DNA of 62,968 nucleotides, counting the filler, from Cladosporium halotolerans (Eukaryota), in assembly GCF_011745625.1 (NCBI RefSeq). It is 3 parts of 3 records of this genome, joined end to end, with 100 filler letters (N's around TTAATTAATTAA, not from the genome) between each part and the next. Parts side by side here need not be neighbours in the genome. Positions count along the whole stretch, not along the records: positions 1 to 21,636 come from NW_027191545.1; 2 more parts are not named here. The stretch is one strand, 5' to 3'. The first letter of the stretch is position 1; each line of letters begins with the position of its first letter. The notes below the pieces were generated by a model. That model was given only the letters and a program-made list of their open reading frames with translations. It made no database searches and was not told the DNA's origin. Made by a program: the position numbers and the translations under genes. Of this stretch, positions 1 through 11,410 are shown piece after piece.

Positions 1-7
1 CCGCCTT

Positions 8-95
8 AGGGTTAGTAGGAGATCAGTGTTCTCCTCCGTTGCCTTTTGGCGAGGGTTAGTAGGAGATCAGTGTTCTCCTCCGTTGCCTTTTGGCG
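8..95 (+). repeat. Perfect 44-bp tandem duplication
   Basis: AGGGTTAGTAGGAGATCAGTGTTCTCCTCCGTTGCCTTTTGGCG at 8-51 and 52-95. Confidence 0.9.
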
Positions 96-99
96 AGGT

Positions 100-2480
100 T
101 AGGTCGATTAGCGAGCGCTTCTATATCTTATTACCTTATAGTAGTAACGCCTAGATCTAACTTATAGGTAAATAGTTAGACCTAGGGTAGTACGCGAAGG
201 ATATTAGTATCGAACCGAGGAAGTACCTAGTCTAAACGAACCTTTATAAGAATATCGTAGAGACTAGCGTAAATATTATACTATATTAAGAATTCGTATA
301 TAGATACCCCTTCTTTAGTATCTTTATTCTTCCGCCTATTAGGTATATTATTATTATAGTCGTACCCCTAGAGTCTATAGCTCTCTAAGATTTATTCGTA
401 TATACGATTAGAAGGTTTACTAGTATCTACTTAATCTTTATCTAACTCGCTTTTAGTCTTAGGCTTATAGTTCCTCTATATACTATAATTTTCGTATATA
501 TAATTATACTCTTCTTCTTTATCTATATACTATACCTCGTCGTTAAGGTAAATTAGATTAGAACCTCGTACTAGCTAATATATATATAGGGGGGATAGTA
601 AGAATAGTAGCGTATCGGAGCTTTCGTATATAGGCGACTATAAACTTTTATCCTTAGGGTTACGTTAGCGCTTCGATTAGTCGGGATATACTTTATATAT
701 TACTAAGCTATAGCGTTTATATAGGCTACTTCTACTCTATATAGTAACCGTACTATAGACTATAGAGTAACTTCGACGTATACTTATAGAATATTAAGGT
801 TAGTATATAGGTATTATAGAACGAATAGGTAAGTCTAATTATCCTACTTAGGTAGGTATCTAGTTAAAAGGTAGAGGTAACGTCGTCTAGTTACTACTTT
901 CGGCGTTTATTCTTATATTACGAGTTTAATAATAATTAAATAGCTTTTAGAATACTTATTATCTTACCTCGGAGGTAGTATTAATACTTAAAGCGATACT
1001 TAAGGCCGTCTAGTATATTATCCCTACTTACTTATATAGCGCTCTCGTTCGGTATCTCTACTTCTATAGCTATCGCTCTTTTAGCTTCTATAACTATACT
1101 TATTAAACGACTATCGAAAACGAGTAAGGTTTAATAGCTATCTAATACTTACCTCTAACCCTATAGTTTTACTCTTCGTCTTATTCTTATTAGGTATTCT
1201 AATACTTACTATTCCTTCTTCCTTAGATTAACCCCTCTTCTTAGGTCTATACTTCTTCTAGTACTTCCTTAATAGACTCTACTAATAGTATTACTATATA
1301 AGCTATAACTTCTAGAGTAAAAGGGTCGAGAAGCCTTAGATTAATATTCTAGTATAGTAGTATAGGAGTATACGATAACCTTAAGGGGTAGCGTATATAG
1401 ACCTCTAGGGTCGTCTTATATATACGAAGGGCTAACCCTTATAAGTATTATTTATATTAGCTATAGAGCGAGCCTCTATTAGGTTAGATATTCGTAGTTA
1501 TTATATAGCTATAGCGTACTTAGGTATAGAATTAATAAAGGCTACGGGAGTCTAAGTTCGCCTATAAGCTCCTCTAATACCCGCTACTACCTTTAGATAT
1601 TTACTCTTTACTACTATAGAATAATATTATAATTCTTACGCTAAAGCTACTATTTAAGATTATAACGCGTTCTCTATTATAATTTAAAGTTCTACTACGT
1701 ATATAGGGATCGGTTAACGCGCTATCGCGGTATATACGAAGTAGCTTAGATAGTAAATAGATAAAGTAATAGATCTAAAGTACTATAAAGGTAAGGCCTT
1801 TAAAGCTAGCTTTACTCTCTCTCTATAGGAGTAGCCGAAAGCTAGCTTTACTCTCTTTATAGGAGTAGCCGAAAGCTAGCTTTAAACTTTAAAGCTAGCT
1901 TTAAATTCGGCTAATAGGAACGCTTAAAAGCTAGATTTAAAATTTTAAAGCGCTACCTTCCTAACCCTACCCTAAAAAGCGATAAAAGTATTTTCTTTTT
2001 TATATTTTTATTTAAATAAAATATATATAAATATTATATAATACTACTAATAGTATATTCGTACTCGTAATAAATAATAATTCTATATTCTAGAATCTAT
2101 TAAAGAAACTTATCTATATTATCGATTATAATTATTATAGTACTTTTAATAGTCTTATTATAGCTATTTTATTTTAAAACGCTTTATATATCTCTATTAG
2201 AATAGCTTACTTTAATACTCTCTAAAGCTATCTTATAGTAGTAATAATAACTTATAGCGTAAAAATTCGAATTTCGTTATTAAGCGCGCTAATTATTTCT
2301 TAATAGATTTAAGATCTTTTTTAGCTATTTTTTAAGTATATATAAGTATTCTACGAGTAGTATATCGCGATAGTAGTAAACTTAGGGGCTATTAACCTAG
2401 GGGCTATTAACGTCTAAGCGGACTAACCAAATACGGAAATAGGGGTAGTCGACGTTAATAGGCCCCTACGGATTATATTA
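100..2480. repeat. RIP-mutated AT-rich relic of repetitive/transposon DNA
   Basis: Very AT-rich, TpA everywhere, CpA/TpG nearly absent while CpG is retained, and no ORFs in the track. Sharp switch to GC-balanced genic DNA at ~2490. The original element family cannot be identified by eye. Confidence 0.9.
1800..1950. repeat. Cluster of palindromic AAAGCTAGCTTT motifs (RIPed subterminal-type repeats)
   Basis: AAAGCTAGCTTT occurs 4 times plus a variant. Two near-identical units AAAGCTAGCTTTACTCTCT..ATAGGAGTAGCCG lie in tandem. Confidence 0.7.
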
Positions 2481-3108
2481 GTAAGGTAGCGAGAGACGGC
2501 ACGAAACGAAAGAGACCCTTCCCGCGCCCTGCATCATGATCGTCGGCTACTATGCGCCCACGCCATGTGCCTGGGCACGGCTCGCGTTTGACATTGATGA
2601 TAACAGGCATGATGACTCGCCTCGAAGGCACGGAGCGAGGTGTTGCGGCATGGGCCCCTTCGAAGGATGCACTAGGCCGGCCCATGTGGCTGCAGATCGC
2701 AGGCTAGCCCGCAATAGCCTGCAACCGGCGGCCGGGTTTGGCCCGAACTCGATACCGCCCGTCCTTTTCGAACGCCCACTTGGTTTCAATGTTGACAGCC
2801 GTTGACTGCCGCGCGGGCCTTTTGCGCACATCCGCCGCCCTCGGCTGCCGTCATGCTCGGCGCTGGTATAGACCTCTCGGCGTGGCTTTTGCGCCTCTCC
2901 ACTGCTGCTGTCTGGACATCACCTCGCCCGCCCAGCGAGTGACGGTGGTGCGCCATCGCCGATCGATAGCGCGACCCGAGCGATTTGCACTCCCCGACCG
3001 CGCTCTGCCGCCAGCATCCATACCGGCGTTCGACTCACACCAATTGCGGTATCCGACTATCCACCGACCTCATGGATGCGCCAGCGGACGCTGGGCTCGA
3101 CCACAACC

Positions 3109-4983
3109 ATGAACGTTCCAGGCGCGCAGAGTATTACACAGAGGCACCCGACCTCCCACATGTTTGACAGCGCTTTTGTGGACGTGCATAGCCAGGAGAG
3201 AGGGGGGTCCGGCCACCAGAGGCAAGAAGTATTGAACGACCGCACAAGAGAAGAGGCAGGAGATGGGCGCGGATCGGTGTGGGAAGGTTGGAAGTCTCCA
3301 ACTGGACATCATCACCAATCTGGTGTGAGCCAGATGCGCAAGCCGAGCGGACTTACTGGCATAACGAGACCGATCATGATCACCGGCTGCATTCCATGCC
3401 TTGCCCTGGGCATTCCCTGCGATCCGCGCAATGCTGGATGCAAGCTCGCTATGTCTACGGAGTGGACTGAAAACAAGAATGGCGAAAGCTCCGAAAATCT
3501 GTCCTGCACTGAAGAGCAGCGTCCACCGCCTGGTGCAAATGGCCTGGCGCTGCTTCGTCCAGATACCCGGTGGCGGCACAATTGGCGCGAGAGGCATTCT
3601 CTCACATTTTTCGCGACATACAGTGCACCCCAAATGTCTGGCTTTTTCCACATAGAATTCTGGTCTCGCTGCATACAATACTCGTACCATGAGCCCGTAA
3701 TATTGCACGCTCTATCTGCCATAGGCGCATTGCACGAATCGATTCTGCAGGGCGCTTTCACAGATGAGGAACAGAAAGTCCAAGATGTGGAGTTCGCCCT
3801 GACGCAATGCAACCGGTCAATAGGCTACTTAACTGGGTCAAGCAGGACGACCAATGAGAAGAGCGACTCCCGAAGACGAAACAGATTGCCTGTATCGAAG
3901 CTGGCCTTAATTGCATGTGTGCTATTTACATGTTTCGAGGCGATGCAGGGCCATTCTGACAGCGCTGTCAAGCATGCCCTCCAGGGCAAAGCCCTCGTTG
4001 AATCGCAACACAAGTCAATGCCGACACGTCAAGCCTCGCAAGACGAAGATGTGGATCTGATGCGATCTCTTGTGGAACGTCTGGAAGTACAAGCTACTGC
4101 TCTCATCGGTCGAAACGCTCGTCCAACCGGCGATGAGACCAACGATGTGCCTCCCTTACCCGAGACCGATCGAATTTATAACCTCGACCACGCACACGTG
4201 ACCTTACATACGGCGATGAACAATAATATGCAATATCTGCAACGTCTTCATCCAGATGCCCCAGCAGACCACTATGCCATCACGCAAGCGAAGAAGACCT
4301 TGCGTTACGCTCCTTGGTATTCCCGCTGGGAGACCCTCTTTTCTGAATGGCTCGCCGAACACCACGAAACACTGTCGAACATAGACCGGAAACGCGCAAT
4401 GGTGCTGAAAGCAAACCAAATTGTCGGCACTATGCTCGCCGTCGCCGACCAACGCGCAGGCGACGCGGCCTATGATCGATTTGATAAGGAGTTCCGCGCC
4501 ATAGTCGACCTCTCGAGCGAAGTTCTTGCCGACTTCTCTTGCCCGCCTGTGCCCACCCTCGATCCTGGGAGTGCCGGTGTAGGGTACTTTTCCTGCTCCC
4601 TCTGGGTCACAGACCCCCTCTGGATGGCCATCTCGCGCTGCCGTAACCCAGAGATCCGCCAGGCTGCTTTCGCCCTCCTACGCCAAAACCCTCGCCAAGA
4701 GGGTATCTGGCACACCGGCCCTCAACGATTAAGTCCCCAGCCTCAAACAGAATCCGGGGAAACCAGCGCGACTTCGCAGGAGTCGAAAGGTTCATCGCCT
4801 TCGAGAGTGGAGTCCAGCCGATCCTCCCCTAGCAGCGAAAAAGCTGACGTGCCGTTGGGAGAAGTGCCGAAGGACGTCAAGCAGGCTGAGGAAGGCGGCA
4901 ACATGAGAGCTAGATCCGAATGGCTTAATTTGGTCGCCAATGCGCAAACCCAGGACGCCAATGCTGCCAAGTCTGCTGGATGA
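3109..4983 (+). CDS. Fungal Zn2Cys6-type transcription factor (degenerate zinc cluster plus fungal-specific TF domain); start uncertain
   Basis: TGCIPC-x6-C-x6-C motif, then ERHSLTFF..SAPQMSGFF..EFWSR...HEPVILHALSAIGALHE, ALIACVLFTCFE, and ISRCRNPEIRQAAFALL...PRQEGIW. These are typical of this C6 TF family. Confidence 0.8.
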   Translation: MNVPGAQSITQRHPTSHMFDSAFVDVHSQERGGSGHQRQEVLNDRTREEAGDGRGSVWEGWKSPTGHHHQSGVSQMRKPSGLTGITRPIMITGCIPCLALGIPCDPRNAGCKLAMSTEWTENKNGESSENLSCTEEQRPPPGANGLALLRPDTRWRHNWRERHSLTFFATYSAPQMSGFFHIEFWSRCIQYSYHEPVILHALSAIGALHESILQGAFTDEEQKVQDVEFALTQCNRSIGYLTGSSRTTNEKSDSRRRNRLPVSKLALIACVLFTCFEAMQGHSDSAVKHALQGKALVESQHKSMPTRQASQDEDVDLMRSLVERLEVQATALIGRNARPTGDETNDVPPLPETDRIYNLDHAHVTLHTAMNNNMQYLQRLHPDAPADHYAITQAKKTLRYAPWYSRWETLFSEWLAEHHETLSNIDRKRAMVLKANQIVGTMLAVADQRAGDAAYDRFDKEFRAIVDLSSEVLADFSCPPVPTLDPGSAGVGYFSCSLWVTDPLWMAISRCRNPEIRQAAFALLRQNPRQEGIWHTGPQRLSPQPQTESGETSATSQESKGSSPSRVESSRSSPSSEKADVPLGEVPKDVKQAEEGGNMRARSEWLNLVANAQTQDANAAKSAG

Positions 4984-5632
4984 CGGATTGAATGCCACGC
5001 ATCACCTGGACGATAAGGTTATCGATCAACCCATTTCATCACGAAGCTTTGAGCACCCCGCTGCATTGCGCAACGACATTAGCCCGTCACATCCGCGTAT
5101 CGCGTTACACAGCGGAACAAACAGGGATCACATATGGCTTAAGAGAACGCGAAGTATCTGGTCTTCTACCAAATGCCTCAATGAACTTCGCAATTTCCCT
5201 GAGAGCAAATTGCCAGTCGCGAGCTTGAAAGACTTGGCTAGATGACGTTAATTCGTGATGTTGAAGCTTCAAAGTCTCTTGCCAGGAGTAGGCCATAAGA
5301 GACCTCGGATGGCAGGGCAAGAGGCAGCGACTGCTAGCGACCGTACGCCGTTTGGGAACTCTACTCTACGCGAGCGCCGGCGCTTATGGTCGAAGTCAAT
5401 TCATAACTATATTGAGGCGGAATGGTCTGCCGATTTGATAGCTGCTCAGTAGCATGACGATCTGCTTATGGACGATTAGACGTAAAAAGTCTCTCATAGC
5501 ACATGCAGTAGCACGTACGTAGTAATGCATAATGATAAGAGGAGAACGAACTTGAGACGGACGCCTGTGGCTATCTGTTTGGTAAATTTGTCGTACATCA
5601 TACTTTTATACATGAAACTGTACAGCCTGTCT

Positions 5633-8137
5633 TCAAGGCGTGACCGTCCGATCAATGTTCATCCTCCGCATCCCATTCTCCTCCACCTTCCAGCCTATCT
5701 TCTTCCTCAGAAAATGCCATACCTCCGGATACCGATCCGTGGCCCACGCCTCGACATCCGCCTGCTTCGTCTGCCCTGCGCAAGCGTCCATTAGGCTTCC
5801 AAGGAGGAAAGCATCAATCTCCAACTCGCCCTTTTGCTCGGCCTGTTCAATTGTTGACTTGGCAAGGTCATTGTCGCCATTTCCAGCCAGAGCACCAACG
5901 TAAGACGCCCACATGGAGTTGTCAATGTCGACTTTGTTCTTGCGCAGACGAGCCCAGATCTCTTGGGCCTTGAGGTCACCGAACGCTGACTTCTCGCAAG
6001 CTCGAAGCGCGATATGGATGCTGTTGTACGTCGGGCCCTCGCGGGAGGCAACGATCTCGTCCCAGAAATCTAGGGCTTCGCGCGCCTGGCCACACAGCGA
6101 GTAGGCGATAATGAGGGCGTTGCGGCAGTGTGTGTTCTGGGTGACGTTGTAGTCGATCTTGAGCTGATTGTGGACTACCTCCATGCTCTCCAGGTCCTTC
6201 AGCTTGGCGCAGCCGAGAAGTGCGGAGACGTAGGTGTCGTTATCCGGCATGGTGTCTTTGCGAGTGTGCTGTCGCATGTGATTGAAGACGGTCACGGCCA
6301 TGTCAGGGCGCTTGTGGGCGAAGAAATTAAGCATAATCTGGGTGCGCTCCTCGCGCGCCATCTCATCGAAAATGCTGCGGAGGATGGTGTAGGCATCCCA
6401 CGCGCGTGTGGTAGTGGTTTGCGAATCGAGGCTGTAATCGATGAAAGTCTTGCGGATGGTGGCACGTTCCGTGGTGGAAAAGCCGAATGAATGAGTGTTG
6501 AGCAGGTCGATCACGTCGTGAATCTCGTCTCTGTTCATATGCAGAACACTCAATGTAGAAACCGTCAAAGGTTCGAAGTTGGCTTGCCGATCCGCCAAGT
6601 CTGCCACAACGCTCATGATGGTCTCGAAATCGTGACGCTGGCCAGTGCAGAGGGCGACAATTAGGCGGTTTACTGCTGGTACATCGGAGTTTGCCGACAG
6701 GTCTTGGGCCTGCAAGTGTTTGTAAGCTATTAGTGCGCCATCCACATCATTGACGCTTAGGCGGTAGTCCATCTGGAGAACAAAGGTCTCGGCGTCTGGT
6801 TCTATGCGATGTTTCCGGCCAAGCGTGATGATTCGCTCGGCCATATACGGGTCACTTTGACTTATTGCATATCGAACCAAGGCGTTGACAGTGGCAGCGT
6901 CCGGCACTCGCCAATCCGCTTCGTTCGGAATTGACTCGTTCGAGCGCTCCATGACATCCAGCATGCGGCCAACCTCGTCTACACTCTTCTTCGTTCCTGC
7001 TCCCCAAACGAGGACGGCGTCCCAGATAGGCTTCGCAGGGTTTGACACCATAACGTCTTTTACGACCTGGTGCCCAAATCTAAGATTGTTTGAAGCCAAG
7101 CACCACAGAAGTACTTCGTGCACCGCAGTATGGTATGCCGGTTGCTGAAATGCGTGTAGGCTCTGGGCCAGAGCGTTGCATTCGCCCCACCACAACATTA
7201 CGGCCTTCAAGTCTTCTCTCCGGGTGTAGAACATCAGCATGTCTGTGGTAATGCGCATAGTGAGCCCCAGTCCACGAGCTCTCAGAAGGTCCGCCGTACG
7301 GAGCGCTTCAATCTCATTGTTCTCTTTCAAGAACCCACGGAGGACGTAGTCCCATCGCCGAAGATCTGCCGATTCTGAAGCGTCGCCTTCGACGTCCTTT
7401 CCCATGCCATCCGGACCTAAAACGTTCCTGCTCGAGCGCTCGGCTGTTGCAGAGAGTAGGAACTTTTTGGCCTCATCCGTTCTTCCAGAACAAGTTAAAG
7501 AAGCAATGTAAAGCTCTTCGCCGAGCCCTGCATTGTTTGCGCTGTATTTCGGGTTGGCGAATTCGTCGGATAATAATCGTGCAAGATCCACGTGTGCCTG
7601 GCTGGAGTTTTCGAGCATCGACTTTCGCACCCCGCCTGCGATTTTATTGAGAAGGTGCGCACCAAGCTCCCAACTCGGACCACTTCCTCCTTCTCCTAAT
7701 TTAGCAAGCTCTTGCAGATAGTAACGCAAGCTCAAGAGGACCAACTTGGCCTGCGTGTCGTTAATGTAACCCCAATCTACTGCCTTGTGTTTGATGAAGG
7801 CCCTCAGCGCTTCCGCGATGTCTTCCACCGGAGGCAGTCTGGCTTTCATACGCTCCCTCTTCTCGAACTCTACCATCTTCTCAATGCCAGGAACGTAGTT
7901 GGCCTCTCTCGAGTCTCTGGGTGCCTTCGGCCTGAACATTCCACCTAGTCCGAACAGTGTCCTCCGCTGGTGCCTCCGTCCAACCGGAAGTGCGCACTTC
8001 CGTGCGAGATATATCCGGCGTCCATCATGGGCGTGTGCAATCGAAGAGAAGCCTTGCCGTCGGAGACAACCACGGTAAACAATTGGCTCGTTAGATATGA
8101 TGCGCTGGAAGACCTGGCGCGTTAGTTGGGAGGGCAT
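5633..8137 (-). CDS. CIA84: Complex I intermediate-associated protein 84 (mitochondrial PPR-like assembly factor)
   Basis: 834-aa intronless ORF with an Arg-rich presequence (MPSQLTRQVFQRII...RRTLFG) and C-terminal PPR-like repeats (PDNDTYVSALLGCAK, RNALIIAYSLCG, PTYNSIHIALRACE). Confidence 0.85.
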   Translation of the reverse strand: MPSQLTRQVFQRIISNEPIVYRGCLRRQGFSSIAHAHDGRRIYLARKCALPVGRRHQRRTLFGLGGMFRPKAPRDSREANYVPGIEKMVEFEKRERMKARLPPVEDIAEALRAFIKHKAVDWGYINDTQAKLVLLSLRYYLQELAKLGEGGSGPSWELGAHLLNKIAGGVRKSMLENSSQAHVDLARLLSDEFANPKYSANNAGLGEELYIASLTCSGRTDEAKKFLLSATAERSSRNVLGPDGMGKDVEGDASESADLRRWDYVLRGFLKENNEIEALRTADLLRARGLGLTMRITTDMLMFYTRREDLKAVMLWWGECNALAQSLHAFQQPAYHTAVHEVLLWCLASNNLRFGHQVVKDVMVSNPAKPIWDAVLVWGAGTKKSVDEVGRMLDVMERSNESIPNEADWRVPDAATVNALVRYAISQSDPYMAERIITLGRKHRIEPDAETFVLQMDYRLSVNDVDGALIAYKHLQAQDLSANSDVPAVNRLIVALCTGQRHDFETIMSVVADLADRQANFEPLTVSTLSVLHMNRDEIHDVIDLLNTHSFGFSTTERATIRKTFIDYSLDSQTTTTRAWDAYTILRSIFDEMAREERTQIMLNFFAHKRPDMAVTVFNHMRQHTRKDTMPDNDTYVSALLGCAKLKDLESMEVVHNQLKIDYNVTQNTHCRNALIIAYSLCGQAREALDFWDEIVASREGPTYNSIHIALRACEKSAFGDLKAQEIWARLRKNKVDIDNSMWASYVGALAGNGDNDLAKSTIEQAEQKGELEIDAFLLGSLMDACAGQTKQADVEAWATDRYPEVWHFLRKKIGWKVEENGMRRMNIDRTVTP

Positions 8138-8424
8138 TGTAGAATCTCTGTAAGACTCCCAAAGGTTCCTACGTGCGATTGGCAGTCATGGATGACAGGG
8201 TCGCGAAGTGTAGAGGGAGGGGCGTAAGTAAAGTAATGTAGGCTTGAGAGCATATCTCGGCAGCGATGATGAACCAGGAAGTCCAGGTGTGTACAGGTGC
8301 AGGTGGTGGGCGAGGTCGGGGAAAGCGGGAGTCCGAGATTCACCCGACGAGTTCGAGCTTCTGGGAGACGAGGACTGGAGATCTGGATGTAGACGGTATA
8401 CCTCACCTCCACGCGCACATCATC

Positions 8425-9257
8425 ATGGCGCTTGAACGGGCAATGCAGAGACTGTCTCTACGGCCGGCCAGCGTCTGTCGCGATTGTCGCCGGACTTTCG
8501 TCTCGCCTGCGAAACCGCGTCAGCAGCAATCGCAGGCCGCTGCCATCGCTGGTATGCCCTCGTCTGCTTCACCTTGAGAAGGCATACACCCCTGACATGT
8601 CGACTAGAAACTCTTCAGAATACCCGCAGTGCTCCAGCGTCACCCCAGCGCAAGCAACCTAGCCCAGCTGCCGTCACCACTTCCGTCGGCCCGCAGCCAG
8701 CGCAAGACGCCTTCGCATTTGCCAACAAGGCGGTCAGAGACGTCGAGAGATCACAAAACCGCCAGATGCAAGAGGAACAGATCCGGAACGTCGCTCGCGG
8801 CGCCGACCGCAAGGCTTTGGAGCAACAGCAGACTCGTCGCTGGTTGATTGGTGATGTTTATGCGCCCCACGACTTGAGCGGCGTAGAGATGTCCAAGTGG
8901 AGGAGAGTCAAGCAAAAAGCCCGGCCTCGGTATGATGTGATCGATCAGCTGAACATCAACCCGACGGACCACTACAAGGTAGGTCTTGGGGCGCCGGCGC
9001 GAAGAGTGAGATGTACCAGGACAGAATGCTGATTGTGCTTGTTCCAGAATTTCAGCATTATGTCCGAATACGTGACGGATATGGGGAAGATCAAGCACAG
9101 CAAAGATACGGGTCTGCGGCCGCGAAACCAGCGCAAAATGGCCAAAGCCGTCAGGAGGGCGATTGGACTCGGGTTGATTCCCAGTGTGTACAGGCACCCG
9201 GAGATCTTGAAGACGGAATCGGCATTCGCAAGACGCGTGGCTCTGTCTCGTGGATAG
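8425..9257 (+). CDS. RSM18: Mitochondrial ribosomal protein bS18m; exons 8425-8551, 8608-8978, 9048-9257
   Basis: GDVYAPHDLS motif and S18 core YKNFSIMSEYVTDMGKIKHSKDTGLRPRNQRKMAKAVRRAIGLGLIP. Two GT-AG introns with CTGAC/CTGAT branch sites keep the frame. Confidence 0.92.
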
Positions 9258-9439
9258 GAGAACTGAACCTGCCGTGCATTTCTTTTTACTTTTTTGTAGC
9301 AGTATACGAGCGAGTCTGTACGATATACTCTGCATTACAGCACGATGTGAGCAGTGTCCTCCACAGAGGTTCAAAATCGACATTGGAGCAGCCAACAGTT
9401 GGAAGCAGGCGACCGTCAAAGCACAACCTTATTGAGACA

Positions 9440-10564
9440 TCAAATCATCCTCAGCCGTCCATCGTCGTTCTCAATCCTTTCGTCCAACCTGAGTGCATTC
9501 CTCACCCACCCTCCCTGTCCATCCCCCAACTCAGCCTCCAAAACCCGTCCCCCATCCACCAATCTCACGTCTCTCGCACTGGGCCGGAAATTCCCACCTC
9601 TAGCCCAGAAGAACCTCCCGTGCGTATTCGTCAAGCAATCGTTAAGATCAATCCGACTTTCATGTCGTCTCCCATGCACATCCTCGCACTCGGCCACCAG
9701 CACCCGTCCTTCGGACTCTAATCTGGCCGCACGTGAGCTCGCGCTCCAATTGCCCGCCATCCCTGCCGCCACGGGCGCAGGAGACTTACCGGAATCACTC
9801 GAGGACGACGAAGACGAAGAAGACGAGCTGTCGCGTCGCTTGTGCTTCTTCTCTTTCTTGGGTTTCTTGTGCTTCTTCTCCTTCTTCAACTTGTCTTCGA
9901 GCATGCTACCTGCTACCGCGCCGCCGAGAGTCCCTAGGATGCCATGGTTCATCTTGTGGCCCGCGAAGCCGCCCGCTGCGCCGCCTGCTAGGGCGCCCAT
10001 GAGGCCGCGGTCTTCTTCGGTGCCAGGCTGAGGGCCTCCGTATTGGGGGTGCGAGGGCTGGCCATAGGGAGCGTTCAAGTAGTTGTGCGGTGGTTGCGGG
10101 GCGTTTTGAGGATAGGTTTGGCCGCGGTATTGTTGGTCGTAGCTTGGATTCGCCGGGCCTGCATAGTTTGGATGCTGGGGGAATTGCTGATGTTGATTGT
10201 TCTCGTAGGCCCCGCCGTAGTGTGGCGGCTGTTGCTGCTCTTGATATTGCGACTGCTGATAATGGCTGCTGTGAGAGCCTTGGCTGGTGTATTCGCCACC
10301 GTATGACTGGGGCGGGCGGTCTTGGGGATACTGCTGATAGGCTTGATCGTTGGATCCATAGTATGACTGAGCGTAGTCGCGAGGTGGCTCGTTTCCGTAA
10401 GATTGGTTCTGATAGCTTTGTTGAGGCGGTTGATTGTAGCCGTGGGGACCAGGACACCCGTATTGGCCGTATTGAGGCTGCTGGTTGTAATAGTCCTGGT
10501 TGGAGGCGCGGCCGTACCCATACTCACTTCCGTCCGCCGGGGTCTGGGGCGGATATTGGGTCAT
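9440..10564 (-). CDS. Q/Y/P-rich N-terminus + glycine zipper + CVNH (cyanovirin-N homologue) lectin domain protein
   Basis: Glycine zipper DRGLMGALAGGAAGGFAGHKMNHGILGTLGGAVAGS. CVNH signature LVAECEDVHG..HESRIDLNDCLTN.HGRFFW..GGNF..SARDVRL...VLEAEL...LRLDERIENDDGRL. Confidence 0.9.
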   Translation of the reverse strand: MTQYPPQTPADGSEYGYGRASNQDYYNQQPQYGQYGCPGPHGYNQPPQQSYQNQSYGNEPPRDYAQSYYGSNDQAYQQYPQDRPPQSYGGEYTSQGSHSSHYQQSQYQEQQQPPHYGGAYENNQHQQFPQHPNYAGPANPSYDQQYRGQTYPQNAPQPPHNYLNAPYGQPSHPQYGGPQPGTEEDRGLMGALAGGAAGGFAGHKMNHGILGTLGGAVAGSMLEDKLKKEKKHKKPKKEKKHKRRDSSSSSSSSSSSDSGKSPAPVAAGMAGNWSASSRAARLESEGRVLVAECEDVHGRRHESRIDLNDCLTNTHGRFFWARGGNFRPSARDVRLVDGGRVLEAELGDGQGGWVRNALRLDERIENDDGRLRMI

Positions 10565-11410
10565 GACTGTTTGAATGCTCTGAAATTTCAGTGAACCTCG
10601 TCAAGATACTACCTTATTAATAAGGCAAGGCAAGAGCGCAAGATATACCGCCGAAGGCTGGCGTGCAGGGAAGACTGAGCTGAAACGAGCTCTCAGCTTG
10701 CACAGCCACGCGGACCGCCAACAGGCAGCAAGCTAAGGTACTCTCCGCCGGAGCAGGCGAAATCTTTCAACGAGCTCGATCCTTCAATTGATCATTGGCC
10801 AGGAAAGGCTGCTTATCCCACTTCCAACAGGCGCAGCTGAACATTTTTCACAAGCGCCGGAGGATGGCCGCGGGCGATCTCCAGTAAGCAATGCTAAGCC
10901 CACCACTAACGATGCTTTGACATGATAGTCCCGTCAAGCATGATGACGACAATTCGGTATTACTTGCGGCAGGTACGTTGTACTAAACAAGAGCTGTGTA
11001 CTTGACTATTTGGTGGCTCTTTTAAGCATGTCAATGATAGGGGCGTACCTACCTAGATCTGTCAGGGTGTAGGTGGAGAAGCCAATGGTCGGGAATTCTG
11101 AGGGGATTCCTGTGCACCTAATAACAATAACAAGAGGCGGCACGACACGGTATCACTAGACTGGCATCTGGCAAATATATTCAAGGAGGCGCTGCTGTGC
11201 ATCTAGTGATGCCGTCCGACGATCTTCTCATTGAATTTTGAGATATGACTAGGAACGACGGATATACGAGCTGCGTGATTTCTTTTAAATCTTAAACGAT
11301 AATACGGATGCGACAACGTTGAAAATTTGACCCATTCGCAGAGACGAGCTATTGCCTTGATACATGCTCTATCATTGACGTGGAGAATCTGATCTGCGTT
11401 ACCTATACTT

